A program made the translations under genes and the position numbers. From a virus (taxonomy: Duplodnaviria > Caudoviricetes): a stretch of 64,000 nucleotides of DNA. The stretch covers positions 9,601 to 73,600 of the IMG/VR virus record IMGVR_UViG_3300034691_000044, one strand, 5' to 3'. Shown here one piece after another: positions 37,130 through 46,561 of this stretch. The notes under the pieces are model-generated. The model did no database searches, was not told where the DNA came from, and was given only the letters and a program-made list of their open reading frames with translations. How positions within the stretch are numbered: the stretch's first letter is position 1; each line of letters starts with the position of its first letter.

Positions 37130-37748
37130 ACCAGTAACTGAGTTTTCACTCTCCGTGCGGAATCGCGGAGGGTACGCCACGCTATGCAAATCTTGTGTGG
37201 TTATAAAGAATACTCTGTACTGGCAAACGCCCTATGGCCGTATCAGTTACATACGAAACAGCCAAAAAACTTCATCTAAAACGCGGGGGCATGCATTACC
37301 CACGTACAGCCAAAATGAACTGTTCGACTGGGCCATCGACAACAACTTATTTGCTTTATGTGCTGCATGGGAGGCTTCCGGGTTCAATAAGGACTTGGCG
37401 CCTTCAATCGACCGCAAAGACGTAACTCTCGGATATTCCTTCGAGAATATCCGTCTGGTTACGTGGAAAGAGAACAATGACGCACAGTATGCAGACCGTA
37501 AGACTTGTAAAGTAATTACACGTCAAAACCGTTCTGTTGAACAGCTCAGTATGGATGGTGAGTTAATCGAAGTGCATAAGTCCATTGCGGCTGCTGCCCG
37601 TGCAACGGGGGCGGTACGTACCAACATCAATTGTATGTGTACAGGCACCAACCCTGCCATTAAATCTGTCGGCGGTTTCCTTTGGAGATACGCTGAAAAG
37701 GAGCAAACCAATGCAAGTAATTCTTCAAGTAATACTGAATGTTCCTGA
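37092..37748 (+). CDS. HNH homing endonuclease with Zn finger and NUMOD1-like domain
   Basis: KTCKSC..CKSC, PSIDRKD..GYSFENIRLVTWKENN, SIAAAARATG..NI...C..GGFLWRY. Confidence 0.8.
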   Translation: MTSKTCKSCQLHKPVTEFSLSVRNRGGYATLCKSCVVIKNTLYWQTPYGRISYIRNSQKTSSKTRGHALPTYSQNELFDWAIDNNLFALCAAWEASGFNKDLAPSIDRKDVTLGYSFENIRLVTWKENNDAQYADRKTCKVITRQNRSVEQLSMDGELIEVHKSIAAAARATGAVRTNINCMCTGTNPAIKSVGGFLWRYAEKEQTNASNSSSNTECS

Positions 37749-37878
37749 AGGCTCCGGTAAAGAGCTGACGGGTGACCGGTACGAAGAGCTGATCGATAAT
37801 ATACTGAACAGCGAAGTTGAAGCCGGTAACCTGCCTGGGGTAGCTTTTGCCTCCGTCACATTCGAGGATTGCGTATGA
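37711..37878 (+). CDS. Hypothetical protein
   Basis: AAGGAG RBS, 55 aa. Confidence 0.6.
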   Translation: MQVILQVILNVPEGSGKELTGDRYEELIDNILNSEVEAGNLPGVAFASVTFEDCV

Positions 37879-38330
37879 CTCCGCTGCGTGACAAGTATCT
37901 TCAGATGTTCATGTCCCAGGCTTATGCAGCTGAAGCCCAGACTGAAGCCCTACGTGAGCGCGTTGGCTGTGTCATCGTGTCCCCTTCCGGGGCTATGGTC
38001 ACCGGTTGGAATGGACAGCCTGCTGGTCACCACACCAACTGCTGCGAAAACACACCTGTGGCGGAAGATGGCAGAGAGCGGATGAAGACCGATCGTTCTG
38101 TGCTTCACGCAGAAAATAACGCTATGGGCTGGGCTATGCGCAGCGGTACATCACTCAATGGTGCCTGGCTGTTCTCCACTGTAGCACCCTGCGACGTATG
38201 TGCCCGTGCAATCATCCCATCAGGGATTAAGCGGGTTTATTTCCACCGCGTTCACGACGACATGACTGGTATTGAGCTTATAGCTCAAGCTGGTCTGGGC
38301 GTTTTCCAATTGAACTATCCATCGGAGTAA
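37875..38330 (+). CDS. dCMP deaminase
   Basis: VGCVIV, GWNG, HAENNA, PCDVCA. Confidence 0.92.
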   Translation: MTPLRDKYLQMFMSQAYAAEAQTEALRERVGCVIVSPSGAMVTGWNGQPAGHHTNCCENTPVAEDGRERMKTDRSVLHAENNAMGWAMRSGTSLNGAWLFSTVAPCDVCARAIIPSGIKRVYFHRVHDDMTGIELIAQAGLGVFQLNYPSE

Positions 38331-38332
38331 AA

Positions 38333-38788
38333 ATGTCCAAGTCTCTGCACTCACCCGGCCGATTCGGTAACGCACCGGTCAATGGCCGGTATTTCTTCGT
38401 TCATCGTTCCAGCCGCTGCGTGCGGAGCTGGGACATGGACAGCCTGCCGGTCCCCGGCAACTGGGAGCAGGTATCTCTTGAGGAATGGGTTCAATTCCGC
38501 AAAGAGACCCTACTCATTCCACTGAAAAAGCGCAAAGCGCTTCACGCCACCCTCTACGGAGAATTGCCATGCAAGTCCGACTCACAACCATCGTCGAAAC
38601 CATCATCGACATCGATCCCGAAAACACAGAAAACTTCAGCACAGCCAAGGGCGAGATCTACGTCAACAACTACCTCGAAAACGAAGAACTCGACAACATC
38701 GCGGACGACATCAAAAGCGCCCACCAAGACGCGGTCATCTACGACACCGTCCGCGCCCAAAGCGTTACACACTCGTTCGAAGAAGTGA
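38333..38788 (+). CDS. Hypothetical protein (3' half overlaps next gene)
   Basis: GGAG RBS; S/T/K-rich tail arises from overlap. Confidence 0.55.
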   Translation: MSKSLHSPGRFGNAPVNGRYFFVHRSSRCVRSWDMDSLPVPGNWEQVSLEEWVQFRKETLLIPLKKRKALHATLYGELPCKSDSQPSSKPSSTSIPKTQKTSAQPRARSTSTTTSKTKNSTTSRTTSKAPTKTRSSTTPSAPKALHTRSKK

Positions 38789-38793
38789 AATGA
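38569..38793 (+). CDS. Hypothetical acidic protein
   Basis: GGAGA RBS, 74 aa, typical codon usage. Confidence 0.65.
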   Translation: MQVRLTTIVETIIDIDPENTENFSTAKGEIYVNNYLENEELDNIADDIKSAHQDAVIYDTVRAQSVTHSFEEVK

Positions 38794-38951
38794 GCGAGGC
38801 TGACGAAGTAGCTGCTTCTATCAAAGAGCAGCACCCCGAATACTTCCCGCTCACTTCCCGGGCGCAGGCTGTTAGCATTGCTACCGGCCAGATGCCCGAA
38901 GAGAGCATCTCAATCATCCAGGCGGTGGCCGACGCCCTTATGGAGCTGTAA
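38790..38951 (+). CDS. Hypothetical protein (53 aa)
   Basis: ATGA-coupled; fills operon gap. Confidence 0.6.
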   Translation: MSEADEVAASIKEQHPEYFPLTSRAQAVSIATGQMPEESISIIQAVADALMEL

Positions 38952-38954
38952 ACC

Positions 38955-39476
38955 ATGCAAGTAACCACCCGTAGTACGCAAGAATATACCATCACTGACG
39001 ACGACGGTTCCCGTGTCGCCACGGTCAGCATGACGGACGAAGCACCCGGTAAAGGCCGATTCTCCGTGGTGTGCAACGGCATGAGCTATTCATGCTATTG
39101 GAACGCCATGGGCGACCGGACTGTACGCGAATTCTTCGCCCTCGCCACTGACGCTTATGTCGTTGGCTGTCTCGACCCTTTCGGCACCTTGTTCCGTAAG
39201 ATCGACCCACAGATCCTGAAAGGGATCATCGCAATGGACATCAGCAAGTCGGAGCAACTGGACGATAATCAAAAACTGGATTTGACCAGTCGTTTGGTGG
39301 AGTTGTCACCGATCTCCGACGTGAACGGTCTTGTTGCCTTGAATGGCCCGCTCATGGCCGAGATCTACGGCCCTATGTGGTCCAATCAGGTGAACGAACG
39401 CTTCCTGGGCCAGCACCCAAGTTACACCGAACTGTTCAAGCGAATTTCCAAAATTCGCAGTGCCCTGGTCGGTTAA
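38955..39476 (+). CDS. Hypothetical protein
   Basis: 173 aa; YWNAMGDRTVREFF. Confidence 0.7.
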   Translation: MQVTTRSTQEYTITDDDGSRVATVSMTDEAPGKGRFSVVCNGMSYSCYWNAMGDRTVREFFALATDAYVVGCLDPFGTLFRKIDPQILKGIIAMDISKSEQLDDNQKLDLTSRLVELSPISDVNGLVALNGPLMAEIYGPMWSNQVNERFLGQHPSYTELFKRISKIRSALVG

Positions 39477-39550
39477 ATGTTCCGCTCCAGTCAAATTGCC
39501 ACTATTATGTGAGCTGTTTCATATTAGGCTAATCTTGACTGGAGAGCTGT

Positions 39551-39877
39551 ATGCCTTGGAAAGACGATCCCACCATCACCGGTGCGGTCCTTGCACTACT
39601 TATCAGCCTGGGCACTGGCATTCTGTCAGTAGCGCAGGCACTGGCTACCGGTCACAAATTCTCCATCTTCTGGTTGATTGCACAGCTCCTCGGGGCTGTT
39701 ATTGCAGGATGGCTTGTTTGGGACATGTACCCGGCAATTAATGAAACTGTTCCGGCTTGGCTGACACAGCCAATCGCAACGTCGATTGCCGCGCACTTTG
39801 GTGGCAAGTTGTTCAACATCGCCGAGTTTGTTCTCGGTAAACGGATCGGGTATACGCCTCCCCCATCTGCCAATTAA
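39551..39877 (+). CDS. Putative holin
   Basis: 108 aa, 2-3 TM segments, SIAAHFGGK motif like LydA-type holins; near endolysin and spanins. Confidence 0.65.
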   Translation: MPWKDDPTITGAVLALLISLGTGILSVAQALATGHKFSIFWLIAQLLGAVIAGWLVWDMYPAINETVPAWLTQPIATSIAAHFGGKLFNIAEFVLGKRIGYTPPPSAN

Positions 39878-39881
39878 CCAG

Positions 39882-39902
39882 AGCCCCGAAAGGGGCTTTT
39901 TT
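39882..39902 (+). terminator. Terminator after holin
   Basis: AGCCCC-GAAA-GGGGCT then T run. Confidence 0.85.
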
Positions 39903-39917
39903 ACGCCTGGAGTTTCT

Positions 39918-40301
39918 ATGAAACGAGAGCGCCGCGGGCCTATGAACCTGCTGCATGGTGACATCGTGATTGCCACGGACATTGCCTTCTACACCCATAA
40001 AGGTGCCGAGGGTAAACAGTCCCAGGCGGTAGGCGACATGCTTATCGTCAACAACCCGCATCTCGATGGGGATGTGCAAGGATGCAGCCTTATGCCAGGC
40101 TCTGTGGGGCTCTGCACCGGCCTTGACGCGGGCACTTATCGCATGGCGAAACCAAGTGATAAACACTACGTCATGACCCTTCAAGAATGGGACCGTTATC
40201 AACCGGAGCGGGCCTTGCGAGCGCTGTGGAATATCCCTTTTGCAGTTCAACTTTGGCTGACCGCATTGTCGGCACCATTCATCATCGAGATATTCAAATG
40301 A
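39918..40301 (+). CDS. Hypothetical protein
   Basis: GGAG RBS. Confidence 0.6.
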   Translation: MKRERRGPMNLLHGDIVIATDIAFYTHKGAEGKQSQAVGDMLIVNNPHLDGDVQGCSLMPGSVGLCTGLDAGTYRMAKPSDKHYVMTLQEWDRYQPERALRALWNIPFAVQLWLTALSAPFIIEIFK

Positions 40302-40573
40302 GCAATCGTAACGAATTTTTCAGCATTGAGCTGAAAGTGGCAAACCGGGAAAAGTGCGGGGCGTTCCTGGCTCAATTTACCAAGGCCATGGCCGAGGACA
40401 CTGAAGTAGGCGACGGAGCCTTCGAAGTCATCGCCTGCGGTTGGGATGACAAGTGCGGCTCAATGACTGCGTGCGACGCTTACGAACAAGAGCTTGAAGC
40501 CCAAGGCATCAGCGCAAGTCGTGTAATCGACGAATTCTTGGATGCTGAAGAAGAAGACGATCACGATCGGTAA
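40298..40573 (+). CDS. Hypothetical acidic protein
   Basis: ATGA-coupled. Confidence 0.65.
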   Translation: MSNRNEFFSIELKVANREKCGAFLAQFTKAMAEDTEVGDGAFEVIACGWDDKCGSMTACDAYEQELEAQGISASRVIDEFLDAEEEDDHDR

Positions 40574-40600
40574 TAAAAAGCCCCCAATCAGGGGGCTTTG
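40574..40600. terminator. Bidirectional terminator
   Basis: AAAAAGCCCCC-AATCA-GGGGGCTTT between convergent genes. Confidence 0.75.
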
Positions 40601-41100
40601 TTCAGCGAATTGAGCAGTGAATCATACTGCTTTTCCAGCCCTATTCCACGGGCGTGAGAGTCATCAAAAGCTCTTGCGAGTTCCGATCTTTCAGCGCTAC
40701 AGCTGTCGAGCAATCCGGAGAGCACCATTGCGGCTTTGGTTGCTGCCGGTAGCTGGAATCCAGCGCCGGTACTGCTAGTTGACTGGTTTCGCAGTCGGCT
40801 TTGGAGTGCGGCGAGTTCACCCCGCATGCCGTCAGAAGAAGCGCGGCTGTCAGCAGCAATGCGTTGCAGATCGCCCATTTCTTGATTATGTACATCGGTC
40901 ATCTCTTTGGCTTGCGCGTCAAGCTGACGCTGGTGTTCATTCAATGCAGTTTGGGCATCGGCCCTGGCCGTTGCCAACTGCTCCCGTAAATCTGTGACTT
41001 CCAGCTTCCCTTTCAGTTCCCCGCGGGATACACCGTCAAAGTGTATCCAAGCCAGGAGTGAAAGGGTGGCGACCACAGCCGCCAGCACCTTCCAATTCAT
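40588..41100 (-). CDS. Rz: Inner-membrane spanin (Rz-like)
   Basis: N-terminal TM, coiled coil, ELARAFDDSHARG..EKQYDSL; downstream of endolysin. Confidence 0.85.
   Translation of the reverse strand: MNWKVLAAVVATLSLLAWIHFDGVSRGELKGKLEVTDLREQLATARADAQTALNEHQRQLDAQAKEMTDVHNQEMGDLQRIAADSRASSDGMRGELAALQSRLRNQSTSSTGAGFQLPAATKAAMVLSGLLDSCSAERSELARAFDDSHARGIGLEKQYDSLLNSLNKAP
40641..40895 (-). CDS. Rz1: Outer-membrane spanin lipoprotein (Rz1-like), embedded in Rz
   Basis: Signal peptide with lipobox LLTAC, Pro/Cys-containing, nested in alternative frame of Rz. Confidence 0.8.
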   Translation of the reverse strand: MYIIKKWAICNALLLTAALLLTACGVNSPHSKADCETSQLAVPALDSSYRQQPKPQWCSPDCSTAVALKDRNSQELLMTLTPVE

Positions 41101-41630
41101 TAAACCCCCAATTCCTTACGTGCCTGAGCATAAAAGCCATCCCAAGTTTCGCGGTGAGGCTTGCCCGGGCGCCAAGTGCGTTCAGCGTAGCATTTCCATG
41201 CAGCCTCTTCATCACCGATCTTTGGCAGCGCCTGGGCATCGCACATGAGCAGCAAGCGAGCGAAGCCAGCGGCCAGCACATCGTTGGTCTGAAAGGCCAA
41301 CCAGACAGTCTTTGGATCAGCAGCGATACCCATCTGGCGACAGAACTGCTTGGCGATTGGTCCGACCCGAAAGTGATTGAGGACACCCCAAACACCGCCG
41401 CGACTGGCCTCGTTACCGAGTTCAAACTGCCAGAAGCCGATTGCCGGCCCCTCAGGCACAAGTACCTTCTTGCCATCGACAACCTTGCTGATCAACTGGC
41501 GACGCGAGGTGAAACGCGATTCCTGCAAACCAATGGTAAGAAGGAGTACCCGCACAGCCAAACTGTCATAGTTCGTCGGGAAGTAGCTGAACATCCGATT
41601 AAGGACTTGATTAACTTCTTTGAGTGTCAT
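41100..41630 (-). CDS. Endolysin (lysozyme-like fold)
   Basis: IGLQESRF..RRQ..GPAIGFWQFE..GGVWGVLNH..WRPGKPH; upstream of spanins. Confidence 0.8.
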   Translation of the reverse strand: MTLKEVNQVLNRMFSYFPTNYDSLAVRVLLLTIGLQESRFTSRRQLISKVVDGKKVLVPEGPAIGFWQFELGNEASRGGVWGVLNHFRVGPIAKQFCRQMGIAADPKTVWLAFQTNDVLAAGFARLLLMCDAQALPKIGDEEAAWKCYAERTWRPGKPHRETWDGFYAQARKELGV

Positions 41631-41632
41631 AA

Positions 41633-41980
41633 TTACTCCGGTGCCTGCGGGCGTTTAGTTGCATCGGGGAAATCGACGCTCGATCCTTCAACCCACTTGC
41701 GCAGTGCAATGCGGTAATCCATCCACTGCCGCTTAGTGCCCGGTTCAACATCTGGGTCTTCATCCTCAATCATCAAAAGTTGATTAGCAATACGGGCCAT
41801 CTGCGACTCTCGCCACTGATTTTCGATAAAAGAAAGCTGCTCAAAGGTAGGTGGAGGATTCAAATGAAGATAAACCTCTTCTTCAGTCATAGCAACCATT
41901 GTCTCAGTTATAGCTGAGTCTTGACTACCATCTATTAGAAATGCCCAAACAGCCCCATCAAATTCTCTAAAGTATTTCAT
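41633..41980 (-). CDS. Tail fibre assembly protein
   Basis: YRIALRKW..FPD..RPQAP motif; ATGA-coupled to tail fibre. Confidence 0.75.
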   Translation of the reverse strand: MKYFREFDGAVWAFLIDGSQDSAITETMVAMTEEEVYLHLNPPPTFEQLSFIENQWRESQMARIANQLLMIEDEDPDVEPGTKRQWMDYRIALRKWVEGSSVDFPDATKRPQAPE

Positions 41981-44196
41981 GTCCATGCTAGTAACTCCAC
42001 CTGAATTGTACACTGAGAAATAGCCAGTCCTGTAGCCGAGCCTGTAGTACCGAGGATAGTAATACCAGCAGTCCCTACTAAACACTGAAAAGATGAGGAT
42101 GTTATGTTATTAACTTGTACACCATAGTGACCACCTGAACCCCCATAATCCACCACACCTACAAATCGAAATATAGTGCCAATTGGCCAACCTGCAACGG
42201 CTGAGGTCAAAGTTACATATACGTTAACAGCATCTGCTATTACCCCAAGAGTGTGTGTGTAAGTTGTTGGAGTGCTTGGCAAAGATAGATTAACAGAACG
42301 CCACCGATCTACCTTAATGGCATTTAAGGCAGTCTGTAAGTCTGCTTGTGCCGATAGTGTACCGGTGATATTTCCCCACACTGCACTCGAAGATGTTGGC
42401 AGGGACACCCACGTCCCTGCACCACTAAGAACCTTTAACCGGTCAGCTACAGTCGGTGCCGGAACCAATCCCTTAGTCCCATCCACACTAGCCGTAGCAC
42501 CAGTCATTACAGCCGGGGGGGCATAGAAGCTAGCAGGTTGCCCATTAAGCAACGCAGAATCCGCAGCTTTAGCGGTAGAGCCCAGTTTGTTATTGAGCTG
42601 GGCTTGCAGCTTGCCAAGAGCAACAATCAATTTATCCGCTGCGGTTACAGCAGTCGCATCGGTGAGGACAAAGCCAGCTAAGACAACATCACGAATGGCA
42701 GCAGCCAAACCAGTAAGTGAAGAGACATCCTGAGTGCCTGTGTGATTGGCCCGGTTGAGCAGATACGCATCGGTGTTATTGGCAGTAGCATTTGCAGCAA
42801 TGCCGTCAAGTTTGTCCTTGAGCGTATTGGTAAAATCGTTGCTCGACAAATCTTTGCCCGCGACCTTGCTGACCTTGGAAGCCAAGGAATCAGGAAGGCC
42901 GTCTAACTGACTTTTGTAAGAAGCGTCAAAATCATTGGTGGACAGCCCTTTATTGGCAACTTTGTCGACTTTGGTGTTAAGTGCAACTAACTGCAACGAC
43001 GATACAGGTTTGTTGGCATCTGCTGTGTTATCAACGTTGCCGAGCCCTACATCACCTTTTTGTAGGGTAACGTCACCGTCACGCCCATTTACGGTAAGTA
43101 CGCCGGCACCTGTACTACCTTCAGACGAGCCCAAACGATAAAAAATATCATCCACTTTGGAGTAAACCAAAGCGTTGCCGACGGCAAAAATGACACCATC
43201 TACTGTACCGCCCTCGGAAATACGCCAAATAGCACCAGTCAGGGGCTTAGGTGGATAAACACCAGATGCCAGGGAAAGGTTACCCATCTCTGCCATCTGA
43301 GGCTCAAGACTGGCCAACGCTGCTTCAGCAGCCAGGCGCGCCGTCTCTGAGGCTAGGGCACTTGCAGCACTTGCAGCTTCGCTACCCTCCGCGGCAGTTG
43401 CATGTTCAAGAGCCTGGGCAGCAGAGTTATCACTAGCCAATTTGGAAGTTTCAGCAAGCTGAGCAGAGTTTTGCGAGGCCGTAGCATGTTCACTTGCGCT
43501 TTGCGCAGACTGTGCAGCAGCGTCTTTGTGGCCTAACGCTGCAACTGCGCTCTGACCGGCAGCAGTAGCACTGGCTTCAGCTTGAGATGCGTTAAGTGTT
43601 GAGTTTTGCTCACTGAGCCCAGCAGCCTCAGCCGACAGCCCTGCCGCAACTTCACTGGCAGCGGCGCGACTAGCAGCCGCCTCAACTGCTTCTTGTGAAC
43701 CCTCGGACGCAACAGCCGCGGCCTCAGAACGTACAGCCGAGGCTTCGGACGCTTCAGCGGAACTAGCAGAAGCCTCGGCCGACAGTTTAGCATCTACCGC
43801 CGCGTTCAGTGTGGCTACCTTAGCATCTGTGATAACAGATAACGCCACTTCATCCCACGGCCGGGAGAAGACAGGGGTCGTGAAGATCAAGTCTTCTGCA
43901 CGAACAGCAGTAGCACTCTCGGGCACAATAAATTTGTAGCGCAGACCTGCAATACAGCCCTCGCTATCTTCCACCACCCCAGCAGCTGCCATGGTGAGAT
44001 AATAAATGCCATAACCTGGGGCAAGCTCCAGTGTGCATTTACCCTCGGCGTCTGTCAGCCCTTGAACAACCCCAGGCATCAGAATGCCATTAGAAAGCGC
44101 CTCATCGAAGGACGATTTACGCAGAGACACCGTAAAAGGTGTGGCCGCTACCGGCGTGCCATCCGGGTTTTGGAACTTGAAAATAACGGCAGTCAT
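41977..44196 (-). CDS. Long tail fibre protein
   Basis: 739 aa; Ala/Ser-rich Stf-like repeats, VNGRDGDVTL..DVGLGNVDNT.D.NKPVS, KxLSxNDF repeats, WGNITGTLSAQADL. Confidence 0.9.
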   Translation of the reverse strand: MTAVIFKFQNPDGTPVAATPFTVSLRKSSFDEALSNGILMPGVVQGLTDAEGKCTLELAPGYGIYYLTMAAAGVVEDSEGCIAGLRYKFIVPESATAVRAEDLIFTTPVFSRPWDEVALSVITDAKVATLNAAVDAKLSAEASASSAEASEASAVRSEAAAVASEGSQEAVEAAASRAAASEVAAGLSAEAAGLSEQNSTLNASQAEASATAAGQSAVAALGHKDAAAQSAQSASEHATASQNSAQLAETSKLASDNSAAQALEHATAAEGSEAASAASALASETARLAAEAALASLEPQMAEMGNLSLASGVYPPKPLTGAIWRISEGGTVDGVIFAVGNALVYSKVDDIFYRLGSSEGSTGAGVLTVNGRDGDVTLQKGDVGLGNVDNTADANKPVSSLQLVALNTKVDKVANKGLSTNDFDASYKSQLDGLPDSLASKVSKVAGKDLSSNDFTNTLKDKLDGIAANATANNTDAYLLNRANHTGTQDVSSLTGLAAAIRDVVLAGFVLTDATAVTAADKLIVALGKLQAQLNNKLGSTAKAADSALLNGQPASFYAPPAVMTGATASVDGTKGLVPAPTVADRLKVLSGAGTWVSLPTSSSAVWGNITGTLSAQADLQTALNAIKVDRWRSVNLSLPSTPTTYTHTLGVIADAVNVYVTLTSAVAGWPIGTIFRFVGVVDYGGSGGHYGVQVNNITSSSFQCLVGTAGITILGTTGSATGLAISQCTIQVELLAWT

Positions 44197-44211
44197 TGAC
44201 TGTCTCCTATG

Positions 44212-44233
44212 AAAAACCGCCCTTATGGGCGGT
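44212..44233 (-). terminator. Terminator upstream of tail fibre gene
   Basis: ACCGCCC-ATAA-GGGCGGT-TTTT on minus strand. Confidence 0.75.
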
Positions 44234-44250
44234 ATGGTACAACTTTACCA

Positions 44251-44910
44251 TCAATAGCGTGTAACGTCCGCAAAGAACAAATCTCCGGGAGGGGGCTGAG
44301 GCGAATTTGCGTCACCCAAAGGGCCTTGTCTAACAACAACACGTTGCGCAGCCAAACCAGTAGAAACTCGTAAGCCATAAGACATAATCATGAAAGAGCG
44401 GTATAGACCTTGCATATTAGGCTGCAACCACTGCCCATGTTGGGACATGCCAACAGCTATGGTAGGCACACCTGTGGGCCATGGGTAGTCCTGGTTGTAC
44501 ACCGGATTACGAACACGTCCAGCAAGACGTAACCATTTACCCTGTGCATCAAACGTCACATTACCTGCGGTATCTAAAAATTGAAGACCACAGTTGGAAT
44601 TAGTGATGTTTTTGGCCCCAAAACAATAAAACCACATCCCAGCACGATCAGTAGCAGTAAGATAAAGGGTCTTTACCCCACTACCTTGCACCATTCGCTG
44701 AATAGCTACAACTTGCCCATCCGTAGTGCCCATCATTACAAAAGAAGTATCATTGTGTACATCCAATTGCGCATCATACGACGAGTACGGCGGTGTGTTG
44801 TAATACGTCCAATTAGTGCGATCTATCCAGTAAGCACCAAGAAAGCTGCTTACTTGAGAGTTTTCATCAAGACGTACACGACTTTGGTCTTCTTTCCATA
44901 ATTCAAACAT
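44251..44910 (-). CDS. Tail-tip accessory / receptor-binding protein
   Basis: 219 aa beta-rich; GLQFLDTAGNVTFD repeat motif. Confidence 0.7.
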   Translation of the reverse strand: MFELWKEDQSRVRLDENSQVSSFLGAYWIDRTNWTYYNTPPYSSYDAQLDVHNDTSFVMMGTTDGQVVAIQRMVQGSGVKTLYLTATDRAGMWFYCFGAKNITNSNCGLQFLDTAGNVTFDAQGKWLRLAGRVRNPVYNQDYPWPTGVPTIAVGMSQHGQWLQPNMQGLYRSFMIMSYGLRVSTGLAAQRVVVRQGPLGDANSPQPPPGDLFFADVTRY

Positions 44911-45230
44911 TAATCAGTTCCTAGAATAATATTGCTACTTACTCGTGGGGCCAAGTTACCATTTGAACTAATAGCGTAATCCACGAAAGTCCAGGTAACT
45001 GTGTCATTTGCAATGGAGATACGGGGAATGCAGACTAAATTATTGCCGGGCAACCCAGATATACTAGACATGTACCAATGTTCTGCCCCTGACGTGGTTA
45101 AACCAGGGAAATATGCAGAGCCGTTGGCCGTGCCTGTAGATAGACTACCAAGTACCCGACCGAACAGCGTTGCCGCTGTCAGGGTCACGTTACCATTTTC
45201 ATCGTAGCATTCAAGGTCAGCCTGGGCCAT
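44910..45230 (-). CDS. Small tail-tip accessory protein
   Basis: LECYDENGNVTL motif, coupled to neighbours. Confidence 0.7.
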   Translation of the reverse strand: MAQADLECYDENGNVTLTAATLFGRVLGSLSTGTANGSAYFPGLTTSGAEHWYMSSISGLPGNNLVCIPRISIANDTVTWTFVDYAISSNGNLAPRVSSNIILGTD

Positions 45231-46513
45231 TACCAAATCCCCATGCGAATACGCAGGCGGTTATACTGGTCAAAGATTCGAATCAGCGTACTGGTGATAA
45301 CCATGCGCCCTGCACCGCCTGCGCCGTTGATATATACATTACCATCAGCAGCCAACGACCAACCAGAGGTTTCAGCCACATAGTTAGTGGATTGCGCCTG
45401 GCGAGCAACAAGTGTGTCCACCGCCAAGTATTGAGCCTGAATCTTGCCATTGGCAACAACAAAGCTACCGGATTCATCACGGAGCTTGCTGAATACCAAT
45501 TTGTTGATAGCCGCATCATCGATATAGACGACATTGTTATCAATGATAAAAGGTTTTCGCTTGTTGGCACCAGTGCGGCCAATCCAGAACTGATCAACAT
45601 CGAAGCCGGCTTCTACTGTAGTGCCATCGTTATAAACAGCAAAGCCGCCGATCAGCCCATTTACGTTCACTTGTGCTGTGTACAGGGCACCAATAGCGAC
45701 AACTTTGCCGTCGACCACATCAATCTTGGTCTGCATTGTTTGCAGCACCTGGGCCAAGTCCTCACCTACCTGAGACTCCAAGGTGGTCAACTGCTGTGCC
45801 AAAGTCTGCACTTGGTTGGACAGGGCCGTTTGTTGTATTTGAATAGAGGCAATGTTGCCATTCACCTCAGACCACAGGGTGTTAACTGTGGATACGAAGG
45901 CGCTGCCTTGTTCGGTACGTGCCAGCACCTCTTGTTGCAGCAGTGCCCGCGTTTCGCCTGAATAGGCACCTACTGTGGTGATTTCTGCCGCGAGGGCTTC
46001 ATCTTCAACTGCGCGATCAAGAACCTCTTGTGTAATACCCAAGGCGTTCATTTCAATACGCGCAATCTCATTCTTGAGGGCCGGAGCCAAAACACCATTA
46101 TCGATCTGACCTGTCAAATCTTCAATCATTTGTTCGATGCGAGGCTTCGCAACTGCCCAGGTAGGGCCGATCAATTGAGATTTGGTGCCATAAATAGACG
46201 TGAGCATGATCCAGTAGTAGTACCGGGTTGCTACAGCATCTTCGACAGCATCGTAAAAGAAATTGCCGGAGGCAGCTGCAATACGCACAGTAGACGCATT
46301 AAAGTCATCGCCAGTGCCACGATAAATAGTCGTGTACGCGACAGCCTCCGGATAGGTGTCTGGCCATGTCCAGTTCACATCGATACCGCCAAAGGCAGGT
46401 ACTGCCGTCAGCAGAATGTCAGATGTGTTTGGATCGCCAGGCTTCGGGCCAGTCCACTGACCCGTACCACAAACATAGCTACCATCTGCGGTGATTACAC
46501 AAACTTGGCTCAT
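45230..46513 (-). CDS. Short tail fibre / J-like tail tip protein (FN3 + coiled coil + DUF1983-like)
   Basis: RYYYWI FN3 strand; KPFIIDNNVVYIDDAAI, QSTNYV..GWSL, LRIRMGIW resembling lambda J C-terminus. Confidence 0.8.
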   Translation of the reverse strand: MSQVCVITADGSYVCGTGQWTGPKPGDPNTSDILLTAVPAFGGIDVNWTWPDTYPEAVAYTTIYRGTGDDFNASTVRIAAASGNFFYDAVEDAVATRYYYWIMLTSIYGTKSQLIGPTWAVAKPRIEQMIEDLTGQIDNGVLAPALKNEIARIEMNALGITQEVLDRAVEDEALAAEITTVGAYSGETRALLQQEVLARTEQGSAFVSTVNTLWSEVNGNIASIQIQQTALSNQVQTLAQQLTTLESQVGEDLAQVLQTMQTKIDVVDGKVVAIGALYTAQVNVNGLIGGFAVYNDGTTVEAGFDVDQFWIGRTGANKRKPFIIDNNVVYIDDAAINKLVFSKLRDESGSFVVANGKIQAQYLAVDTLVARQAQSTNYVAETSGWSLAADGNVYINGAGGAGRMVITSTLIRIFDQYNRLRIRMGIW

Positions 46514-46561
46514 AAAGCCCCCTTAACATAATTGACCGAGATTCTACACCCCTTTTCCCTA

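Noticed and set aside
43300-43810. Ala/Ser-rich quasi-repeats in tail fibre
   Set aside because: Ordinary Stf-like coiled-coil repeats
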